NCBI RefSeq assembly: GCF_000143415.4
Contig: NW_003314292.1
Location: forward strand, 1,816,221 to 1,846,953
Direction of reading: 5' to 3'
Source: Selaginella moellendorffii
Taxonomy: Eukaryota; Plantae; Lycopodiophyta
Length of the DNA stretch: 30,733 nucleotides
Below the pieces are notes generated by a model. It did no database searches and was not told the DNA's origin. It saw only the letters and a list, made by a program, of their open reading frames with translations. A program made the position numbers and the translations under genes. Each line of letters opens with the position of its first letter. Positions within the stretch are counted from its first letter, which is position 1. Positions 11,153 to 21,512 of the stretch are shown here, piece by piece.

Positions 11153-13441
11153 ACCATTAGGAGAAAAACTTACAAGTTGTGGGATTTTGCATCTCACAAG
11201 GCTCTTGTAAGCACAGACATCATGTTCAACAAAGATGACTCAAGATCCTTCTTTCATTATTGAGACTCGACTTGTTCCTTTGATCCCACTTATGGGAGAT
11301 GGTCCACTCTTACCTCCACCTCAAGATCCTATTCATGAGTTGCCACTAGAGATTCCATTGGGGAATCCTCCACTTCTAGACAGTTGATGCTCCTCTAGTC
11401 GAGGATAGGCCTGGAACACCTCCACCACTTTGTCGACATCATGGCATGCCTGATCCAATGCTAGTTCTTGATCACCCCTGGGAACATCGGCCCTCATTGA
11501 AAGTCCAGGAAAATGCTGAAGCAGATGCTGCAGAGCTTGATAACTTTTGTGGCCTTGTTGACATCGGCATCCCCATGACCTATGATGAGGCTGTCTCACA
11601 TCTTGGATGGAAGCCATTGTGGAAGAAGTTGCTTCCATTTGGGTTAATGGAACTTATGTTCTAGTTGATTCAGCGCCACTGGGACAACGTGTTTTGGATC
11701 CAAAATGGAGTTTTTCCAAAAAGTATGGGAAAGATGGTCAGGTTATACATTATAAGGCATGGTTGGTTGTTTGCGGTTTTTGCCAAGTCCATGGCCTTGA
11801 CTACAATGAAACATTCTCACTGGTTGTAAAAATGGCTAGCATCCATACCCTTTTTGCACTTACGGCTGCTTGCAAATGGCAAGTCCACCATATGGATGTC
11901 AAAATTGTATTTTTGAATGGGGATTTGCAAGAGGACATCTATATGCATATACCTCCTGGTTTTGAGGATGATGTTGCCCCTTGTGGCCCTATATGGCAAT
12001 TGGGAAAGCTTTGTATAACAAGCTCCTGTATTTGGTATCAAAAATTTTATTACGTGCTCAGGGCTTTCATCACTACCATGTGTATGTGAATGGTCATGCT
12101 AAGAGCATGCTTATTGTGGCCCTCTATGTTGATGATTTGCTCATCATGGGTGATGACACCAATGCCATTGCTACTCTAAAAGCTGCTCTCAACCAGCAAT
12201 TCCAAATGAAGGACCTTGGCCAAGTCTCCTACTTTCTTGGCTTTGAAGTCACCCGCAATCCTGAGTTTGGTGGCTATATGCTTAGCCAACGACGTAAAGT
12301 CAAAGTCTTACTGGATCCATTTGGTATGCGTGATTGCCATCCCGTCAAGACCCCAATAGTTGTTGGTGCTATTGACCTCACAATTGAACAATTTGGTGAG
12401 CCTCTACCCACTAGGACTCCCTATCAACATCTCATTGGTTACCTCACATATTTGGCCTTGATGACTCGCTCTAATATCACATATGCAACTTGCCTTGAGT
12501 CAATACAACACATCACTAACCACTATATATTGGCAAGCTGCCAAGCATATCGTGAGATACCTCTAGGGCACTATGGACTACAGCATTACTTATTCAGGGG
12601 GTGATGCATCATTGATATGCTATATAGATGCTAGTTTTGCCAACAACAAAGGCCATCACTCTACTTCTAGCATTTGACTTTCCTTCTCAGGAGGTGCCAT
12701 ATGGGCCTCCAAGTGACAATCTGTGGTGGCACTTTCTAGTGCAGAAGTAGAGTACATTGCACTCACTACTAGTAGTAGGGACGTGGTCTGGGCTCGAGGG
12801 TTACTTGCTGAGCTGGGATGTGCACAAGCTGGCCCCACTACCTCTTGGTGTGACAACCGAAGTAGCATTGCCATGTCCAAGAACCCTGTCCACCATGCTT
12901 GCCTGAAGCACATTGAAGTCCAATTTCACTACGTGCATGAGTTGGTTGACGGTGGCACCCTGGCCATCCAACATCTCAGGACACAGGACATGCCAGCCAA
13001 CCTTCTCACCAAGCCATTGCTCCTACACGACAGATTTGGTTTGGTGAGTGGCTTTAGTTTGGGGGGGAGTGTTACAACACACTTTGCCATGTAGACATTA
13101 GGGTTTTCCTATTCTGTCGGTGCGCTTTGATCAGCCCTGTGTATGGAGTCCCAGAAAGTCTCGACGAAGGCTGGAGTGATACTGGTGCCCGAGGGGCCCA
13201 GGCTGGGGTCAGCAGGAGTGAGCAAGCCGCTGAAGACGAAGTCATCAATCGTCACGTTGGCATACGGCTTGTAGGGATACTTGTTGAGCTGCAGATAGTC
13301 GAGGTCCACCACACAAAAGTCCCGGACAGTATCTGGATCGGAAGTCAAAACTTGTAGAGTAGACATAGACGCATACAAGACTGCAAAACAAAACAAGAAC
13401 GTTGCCATATGGTTATGTCGCTGGATTTGGAGGGGATCAAA

Positions 13442-14490
13442 CTACATACCTTTGCAAGGTCCAAGGTCTAGAATATAATGCAGCTTCGAAAAACATATGT
13501 GCTGCCACGTTGCTCCCAACTTTAGCAAGTGGATGATAGCATGCAAACGTTGTAAAATCTTTTTTGCTTTCTCATTGGCCTTTAACTTCTGCCTCGCCGC
13601 AAAGAGGCCAAGGATCTCTTGGTGAGTATGCCTGGAGTTGCATGGGCAACATTTCTTAAATAAACAAAAAGGAAGAAATCTTGAAGATGGTGTTGCAGCA
13701 TTGATTGAAACCGCAAAGGATGGAACAATTATTGATTGTTGCTGTGTGACTTGCTTGATTTTCTCATATGAGGCTTGAGCATTCTTCTTGGACTTGATTT
13801 TGTTGGCATTGTTGCTGCTACTCCTCCATCCAAAGCAGCTGATGAGCTTGTTGGAACTGAGATCCTGTTGATTGTCCTTCATCTCCACAGCAAGAACTTG
13901 ACCCATGGGTTTCCAAATTACATATTTTTTATATCCCGGCTTTGTATAAAACGTTTCGTGAAAACCAAACAAATGAGTCCTCTACATGCAAACATGACTA
14001 ACATATCTTGAATGTTGTCCCTGTCCTGGAGATCACTGCGCACGGCTGCGAGAACCTCAAGTTCTAGGAAAGGCATCCAACATTTAAGATATCTTGGTAC
14101 AGTTTTGGTCAAAATGAGTCGTTGTTGCTTGACTGCGCATGAAAAAATGACCTCTGAATCAAGAAGCGAGTGAATCATCTACTACCAGTCAATGGACTTC
14201 TATGATGATACCATAACCTCATTGTTGTAAGATTGAGAGCTGTTCCAAAAAAGCTTGAGATACCTGTTGCAAGACCGAACTTAAACCAAAACACTTTCTC
14301 ATACCCAATTGCTCTCCATTACGAGCACTTGCCAGCATGCATTAGCCGTTGCTTTCGTCAAAAAGCTCACAGCTGGGTTGGACTCAGTCTGCAAAGAAGA
14401 GCCTTAGCGCTTATGTAGACTTGGCACGTTCACTAGTTCTTGCTAGCGAGTGTGGCTTCCCGTAGATGCTACCAAGTAATTCTTCCTTCT
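13442..14490 (-). pseudogene. Decayed coding region, possibly F-box/F-box-associated
   Basis: Weak motifs only, in different frames: EELLGSIYGKPHSLAR, FACRGLICL, YVIWKP. Includes a 176-aa ORF at 13442-13972. Confidence 0.25.
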
Positions 14491-14531
14491 ATCACTTTTG
14501 ACTTGGTGATGACATGAGAACTCGCTTCTGG

Positions 14532-15180
14532 GGCGAAGAACAAAAGAAGCTGGACGTGCAAGTCTTCACCAAAGCACTGTCCAGCAGTAAGGTTCTTTTA
14601 TCTCTTCCTCTTTGTGGCAGGTACTGCATGGTTTTTGATCCCCTCGATGGTATAGATTGCAGCATAAACGGTGAGAAAATGGTGGATTAAAAGATGGAAA
14701 GTCAGGTGTTGTCAGTGATGTCTTACACTGGTGGATACTGCTTATATGGAACCTTAAGCAGCTATTTCCTTCTTTTGGCTTGAGTTTAGAGCATGTTGAA
14801 ATCCTTATTGGCTTGTTTTGAGTATAATGTTTTGCAGTGGGATGATTGAGATTGCTAAGTTTCTTACGGGCAAAGTCTCTGGAGGGTTTGTATGATTAGA
14901 AATAACTGAATATGTTTCTTTTCTATTTCATACCGTATGGTGGCAGATGTTCACAAGACTTCACTCTACGGTGGCTATCCTGCTGATAAAAAAAAGTCCA
15001 TTTCCAGAGTTTCGTTTTCTCCTTTCACCATCTGCAGCCTTTTGTTCAAGGTTTTAAATCAAGCAGGCACGTAAGAACTCTTTTCTTTCGTACATCTATT
15101 ATTTCTTCTCTTGATTTACAGGCATTTGACATTGTTCGAATTTGGAAGCTTTGAAGACGTTGAAGAGATCAAAGCTCTTA
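14532..15180 (+). pseudogene. Cytosolic fructose-1,6-bisphosphatase pseudogene
   Basis: Collinear motifs: GEEQKKLDV/VFTKALSSS (14532), YCMVFDPLDG/IDC (14622), GYCLYG, MVADVHKTSLYGG/YPADKKSP (14937), FGSFEDVEEIKAL (15141). Intron remnants are present. Not in the ORF track. Confidence 0.88.
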
Positions 15181-18100
15181 GGTTCCTGCTGGATATCTTT
15201 ACAATTTGATAACGTCAAGCAAAGGGGCATCTTTTGAAAAAAACAAGAAAGAGGCTTAGGGCAATGTATATATATTCTAAAGCTTTATATGTATGTATAT
15301 ATGTATGTATATATATACATGTATTACCTTGCCTAAATAATATATTAATTATAATATTATAGTATATAAACCATCCATTTGGGACCAAGCCCATATGTAA
15401 TGTGTGGGTCAAAATGTATGGCTACAATGTTATATACTAATATTGTATAATTAATCTAATAATTATCAGATTACTTTCAATTCAAACCACTCGCTCCTGT
15501 ATATAAGCTAGGGTCAATTGAATATATATATTTTATATTCCATTCTATATTCCATGGACTCATATTAAAGGGGAACTTTAATTGTCCCTAAAGAGTGTTT
15601 GGATTTGGGTTTTTGGTTCAGATGTAACTTTTACATTGTCTAGATTTCACTTTTCTTATAATTTTTTAATTTCTTCTCTTTTGTAGCTTTTATCCTTTCA
15701 TTCATTTTTATGGTAGAGCAACAATTTCCTTCTCCTCCTTTTTGTAATTTCTTGATACTATGTAGTTGCAATTGAACAATCAAATTTGGTTAATGACGGC
15801 ATTTATGATATGTGGTATAGCTTCTGCTCTTACTGCCAATCCCCATATGCAGCCTGCTGCCAATAGCACTTTTAAATGAAGAAGTACTAAAGAAAAAGCA
15901 ATATAAATATTTAACTTTTGTTAAAATAGTAGTAAAACATAATAAAAATAATAATTATAGATATATATTTTAGCATGGAAGGAAGAGTCAAATTGAAAAC
16001 ATGGTTAAATATTATACACAAAATCATAAGTAAAAATAATGTTCATTCTATATTGATAAGAAGTAAATTTTTCACTAAATCTCATAGAGAACATAAAAAA
16101 TTTAGATGCAACAGCACTAGCTCAAAGAGGAATAAGAAATACTCATCCATGAGGATTGTGAGGTGTCCTCCTAGCTGTCCCAAGATATGTTGCGCTCAAA
16201 TTGGAGTTCCATGCACCTGAGGAGTATAGTGATGGATCATATCAAATGTAAGCTCTTGGAAGATGAGGATAGAATCAACAAGGTTTGGTCTCAAGAGGGC
16301 ATTTCAAACCTCTACAAAAAAGATGGCATGGAAGAGTCATTTATAGAGTCATACTTGGTTTTGTTAGGGTTTAGGGTTTATTAGCGGCCATTCTCACGAT
16401 GGAGTGATCACTAGAATTCATGGTCAACGAAGTGAGTGACAAGCATTGCTGCTATGCTATCATTTGTACCAACATTCTCCTACTCACTAGCCATAGATCT
16501 TAGGGGTGTTTAGCCTTCCAGGCAAGATACATGGTGGCTTACATCTATTCCAAAGGCAGGCTCATAGGGATCTTTCCCAATGACGATGAAGTTGCGAGAT
16601 TGGGAATGTCAACCATGAGCATGTCGTGATCCAAGCTCAACCTTTTCTGCTTGACAATGTGATTCAAAACAAGAAAAAATAGAAGAACTTCTTGAAACCA
16701 ATAACTATTCAATTTCAAGTAAGCATTTGCGTTTTTCATCTTTCTCTCAGTCATATCAAATTTTGGATTATCATCCTCCAGTCACTCATGCGATAGGACC
16801 ATTATCCACATCCTCCCTCACCTTCTTAGTGGTAGTATTTCAACATCACTGCCTTCAACCCAGCAAGGCTTGAAGGATCCAAGATCCCATTTTGCCATGA
16901 TGGATCAAGAGTCTTGTGTCCAACGATCACTACCTTAATTTCTTTTTTCAACCATGTGGACTCTAGAAGAATATCTTTGATGACTTTATTGAAAATGACA
17001 AGGTAATTAAATTAGGTTGTTTCATAATAGACTATTTATATTATGATTGTGTATGTGAGAATAACATTGTTGGCAACAAAGTGAGTTGTTACACAATATT
17101 CATAAATAAATATATAGTAATTAAAATATTTTTAAAAAAAATTGAAATTTTTATTACAAAATAGTCGTTCAATAACATAATATGATGTCTCATTCTTGAC
17201 CTGTTTTAATTTTTGAGGATGCTATGTGTCATTAGAAACCCCATAAATTCCATCTATAACAACCAAATATGAAATAAAATTTATAAACCTAAACATATCC
17301 TCATTTATAATATAATTAATATAAAATAATTATTAAAAAAGTATAAATTAAAAGAGTTACAAGGAAAATTACTTATAAAATGACCTATAGGACAATTTTC
17401 TTTGCTATATATATATATATTAACTAATTTATTTATTTATAAAGTTTTTAAAAATAATTTTCAATAATAAATTTATTAAGAAAAATAAATATTGGTAGCA
17501 TATATTATATTTTATATATATATAAAACTATTATTCTTTAATATAAATTTGTTAAATTATTCTAGAAAATCTACAATCATTTTTAAAATGTGTAAACTAT
17601 AAGGAACATATAATACTCTTACACTTACTTTTTTTATCTTTATATTTAATTTATCTTCCCACTAGAATGAAACTAATTTTGTATCTATTAATGTTAGGAA
17701 AACTAAGTTTTACATGTTTAATTATAAAAACAAAACTAAATATATTTTAAAAAAATTCATTGTGAAATTTAGTTTTAAGGGATTTCAATTTAGTTTTTCT
17801 AGAATTTTACATTTTATATATGAAATTAAATGGCACTTTTATACTTTGATTACATAGAAAAATTTACAGTTAAAAACTTTTCAATATGGTTAGATAAAAC
17901 TTTTTATGAATAGATGATTGAACGAAGTAAATTAATAGTAAATATTTTGTGAATTTTTTAACTTAAATTTACTTTTAGTTATTTTATTAATATAATTCTT
18001 CTTTTGTCAACTATAGGAGAAAAGATGAACTAAAAAGTACTTTTTAATTATGTTTTAAATATATTTTTATATTTAGTTATTTTTGTAAAATTCTAATTCT

Positions 18101-18199
18101 TCAAAAGCTTAGCTCTATATCTAATAACAATGCAAGTATAATAAGTTGATTATCCTTTTAACAAAGAACTAAGCTATATTAATTTAAATTATTATATCT

Positions 18200-19900
18200 G
18201 TAAAAAAACAAGTAATTAGCACTTTCTCTTTTTGACCCAAAATCAATAGAAATTTTAAAACATATTGTCAAAATTCCAAGAAGAAAAAAATGTGGTTATG
18301 ACAAAAAATGAAAAAAGGATAACTGAATTTATCCTCTATTTTTTATGTGAAAAAATAATTTGCATTTTATATGATATCAAAGTTAATAGATGGGTTTTAT
18401 TTGAGAAAAAACAACTCCCAAGAATACAACCAAGAAGTAAAAATATAGGAGCATGAAGTGACAATAATATAATTCTAAAGCATCTAACATCCCACTAATA
18501 TATAAACCAAAGTTAAATATAATTTAATGCTATTTCAACATACCTAATGTAAATATATAAATATTCCACCAACTAATATGGTATGGAGGTTAGGTTTATA
18601 CCTAAGCGGAATATAGAACAAATATAAACATCCCTAACAAGAAGCTAAACAATATTTCTAAACCTAATTTACCCCCTTATATGAAAGCATACTTTAACCC
18701 CAATTCTAAGAGCTAGTCTCCAGGATAATTATGAAAATTTGTTAAATATAGAATGGTGTTAGATTGTGAATCTAAAAATAATATCATCATGTTCAAAACA
18801 ATCTCTACATTCCATAAATATGCCTTATTAGTAGATCTAGACACTTTCTATAAATAGTTAATAGGATTAAAAAAAGATTAGCATATAGCAAGAGTCTCTT
18901 AGTAGATATAGTAAGTTATTATGTAGTGATATTAAAGTACTAAAGCTCAATATACAAGAGTTTTTATCATTAACTAATGAAAGATATAACAAAATAGAAA
19001 TTCTTTATTAGGTTATGTTTATTTACGTAATAACACAAAAAAATTCTATCTATATACTCGTCCAGTTTAAATACACTTGAATTGCCAGTTAACTCCACTA
19101 ATACAAAAGGGATTAATAAAGGGTTTAACATTACCAATCCCCTGCCTAAAGAAGAATATTTGGAATGACTTGTTAACAAAAAGTTTTTGATACCCATAAT
19201 TTTATTTATGACAATTAAAGGTTTTAAGATATATGTAAAAAGTTTACAATAGCCTTCAAAAAATATAACAATGAATAAGTAGTCAAGAAAATTTCTCACT
19301 AATATGAGAATCTATTTAAAGCACTATTGAATTAGATATCACTTATCACAATATAGTCAAAAGGACCTTCAACTATTATAAAATAGGCATATACATTTGC
19401 TGTTAGAGAGAGTTATGTATTTTACCACAAAAATTATAAAAGTACTTACCCAACAAGATTTATCACTAATTGATTGTCATGCTGCTGTATCCTTTAGAGT
19501 TTGCAAGATCTATTATACTTTTAAGACCATAACTTTAAAAGGTATATTAATTATTATTATTTATATTAAAGCATATCCAAAAAGTATCAAGCAAACCATC
19601 ATAATATATTTAACTTTAAATTCTAGTAATTTCTCCACAAGATAGATGCTGTGCAAATAATGTGCTATATTATATTAAGGTTATTTTATGAAATGAAGGG
19701 TGTTCTTTGCTTCTTAATTGTATATCTTTACATTATTTTTATTTGAGGTCTGTCTGGTATGATTTGTGTTGTGCAATCTTCTAATTTTTCTTTTCCTTTT
19801 GTTTTTATGGTGAAGGGTGGACAATTCTCTGCATCATGTAAAAATGTAAGGCTGTGGTATAAAGCAGAATTATGAGCAGATTGTCCTCCTAGCAAAAAAT
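18200..19900 (-). mobile_element. Highly decayed AT-rich LINE-like relic
   Basis: Faint, correctly ordered RT-like motifs: YITLSNS (about 19410), SLGRGLVMLNPLLIPFVLVE (about 19130) and a GG.LGL-like stretch (about 18670). Confidence 0.3.
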
Positions 19901-20203
19901 CAAGTTTCATAATTTTAAATGATCATATCTCAAATGGTAATGGGGTTGGTTATTTTTTCTAGATGTAGACTCTTCAGGCTAATAGTAATGGATATCATTT
20001 TATCAAATGTAAAACAAAAGTAGTAGTACTACTGACCCAAAACCAACAACAGGACTTGGAGCATACTGTGAGAATTTTAAGAAGAAAGAAGAGTGGTCAA
20101 CTATAAATCTTGATGAGTTCATTGAAAATAATCAGGGTAAATTAAAGTGGGTGGTTGTATAATTACATAATATTTTAATTTGTTTTTTTATGTTTCTAGG
20201 AGA

Positions 20204-20479
20204 TTAGATGGTGGTGCATGCCAGAACGTTGGTGGAGTCTGTCTGCTGGCAGCAAGCAGGAGTCCCTCCGCACTTGCTACCCACATTTACCGCACAATTT
20301 GCAGCATTGACAGTCACAAGTGTACCAGGAGGTGCAGCAGGGAAATTCGAGCAGCAGTAAGAAGTGGAATCATTTCCACAAGTTTGGTTGCCCTGTCCCA
20401 AGGCAGGATTGAGAAAGAGAGCAGCACTCAGGGCCAAGAATGTGGCAATAAGCTTAATTGAAGAAGAAGAAAAAGCCAT
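20204..20479 (-). CDS. Small secreted 8-cysteine protein with hydrophobin-like spacing (91 aa)
   Basis: ATG at 20479; predicted signal peptide MAFSSSSIKLIATFLALSAALFLNPALG. Mature part is C-X7-CC-X18-C-X7-C-X5-CC-X10-C-X3. Intronless and GC-richer than its AT-rich flank. Confidence 0.8.
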   Translation of the reverse strand: MAFSSSSIKLIATFLALSAALFLNPALGQGNQTCGNDSTSYCCSNFPAAPPGTLVTVNAANCAVNVGSKCGGTPACCQQTDSTNVLACTTI

Positions 20480-21096
20480 GATTGTAAGAGCAGCTGAATG
20501 AGAATGGGTTTGTCTCTTTGGACGCTTAGAATTTATTGAGTTAAGATTGTCCTTCTTCAAGGGTGTAAGTTGTATGATCGTCCTTTGTCATCNNNNNNNN
20601 NNNNNNNNNNNNNNNNNNNNNNNNNNNNNNNNNNNNNNNNNNNNNNNNNNNNNNNNNNNNNNNNNNNNNNNNNNNNNNNNNNNNNNNNNNNNNNNNNNNN
20701 NNNNNNNNNNNNNNNNNNNNNNNNNNNNNNNNNNNNNNNNNNNNNNNNNNNNNNNNNNNNNNNNNNNNNNNNNNNNNNNNNNNNNNNNNNNNNNNNNNNN
20801 NNNNNNNNNNNNNNNNNNNNNNNNNNNNNNNNNNNNNNNNNNNNNNNNNNNNNNNNNNNNNNNNNNNNNNNNNNNNNNNNNNNNNNNNNNNNNNNNNNNN
20901 NNNNNNNNNNNNNNNNNNNNNNNNNNNNNNNNNNNNNNNNNNNNNNNNNNNNNNNNNNNNNNNNNNNNNNNNNNNNNNNGTTAGAGCATGATCTCCAGAA
21001 AACGAGTGAAGTGCAGCCAGTGAGAAATGCAGCTGGACACGAATCAACCTCCATTTTTGAGCCTGATATAATAGTATAGTGTTCTATATAATATTA

Positions 21097-21099
<3 letters not shown>

Positions 21100-21172
<73 letters not shown>
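21100..21172. repeat. (TA)n microsatellite
   Basis: About 36 uninterrupted TA/AT units. Confidence 0.97.
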
Positions 21173-21178
<6 letters not shown>

Positions 21179-21512
21179 TTATATCAATATTATTTAATAT
21201 ATTTATAATTAAAAAAATTAAACACTATTTAAATGTGTCCTATGTTTTAAAACTTTTATCAATGGGAATAAATTAGATTTTCCTATTCCATTTAAATCTC
21301 TAAAATTCTCTACATATTGTAATATGCTTCTAACATAAATGATTATATCTCAAATGATAACATACAAATAAGTGAAATGTGGTTAAAGTATATATGTTGA
21401 TGACTTCATTCAAAACGTTTTAACTATGCGTGTTTATAGGACTAGGGTTACAGAGGGATGGAGAAAGGTATGGGGTTAGCGGGCCTAGCTCTTGCACATT
21501 CCCTCCCATGTC

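Larger units (their letters stand above)
6058..13133 (+). mobile_element. Degenerate Ty1/copia LTR retrotransposon with nested insertions
   Basis: 5' LTR 6058-6144 (TGT...TCA), PBS-like TAGTATTAGAGC 6145-6156, gag start 6169. Decayed Zn knuckle 8501-8542, protease-like WLLNSSCT about 8675, LWHKRLGH about 9090, integrase 9240-9780. RT (HHMDVK..FLNGDL, LYVDDLL) about 11600-12600, RNase H (VALSSAEVEY, KHIEVQFHYV) 12723-13050. PPT 13061-13069, 3' LTR 13070-13133. Many stops and frameshifts. Confidence 0.93.
5094..13408 (-). pseudogene. Germin-like (cupin) gene broken into three pieces by insertions
   Basis: Piece 13408-13134: signal peptide + SDPDTVRDFCVVDL...DDFVFSGL, with a frameshift at F(P)GLHTQG. 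Piece 6057-5863: RLDFVEGVLILPHMHPCASKFIYITQGRLYTGFIDTANR. Piece 5358-5094: KGKVMILSRGLIHLQLNIGEGPVSAFAVLNSEKP...VLQKAF. Confidence 0.9.

Noticed and set aside
15975-16220. ORF ending RCPPSCPKICCAQIGVPCT as a third hydrophobin-like gene
   Set aside because: No signal peptide, only one CC, and spacing unlike the other two; the AT-rich N-terminal part looks non-coding.
16400-16960. Possible hAT transposase remnant
   Set aside because: Only vague motif resemblance; no terminal inverted repeats or TSD found.
20204-20479. Calling the 8-Cys protein a non-specific lipid transfer protein or defensin
   Set aside because: It has two CC doublets and no CXC, which fits neither motif.
20541-21079. Long ORFs across N gaps (also 27992-28686 and 10436-10717)
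   Set aside because: Artefacts of undetermined bases.
21079-21276. IY-repeat ORF
   Set aside because: Translation of the TA microsatellite.
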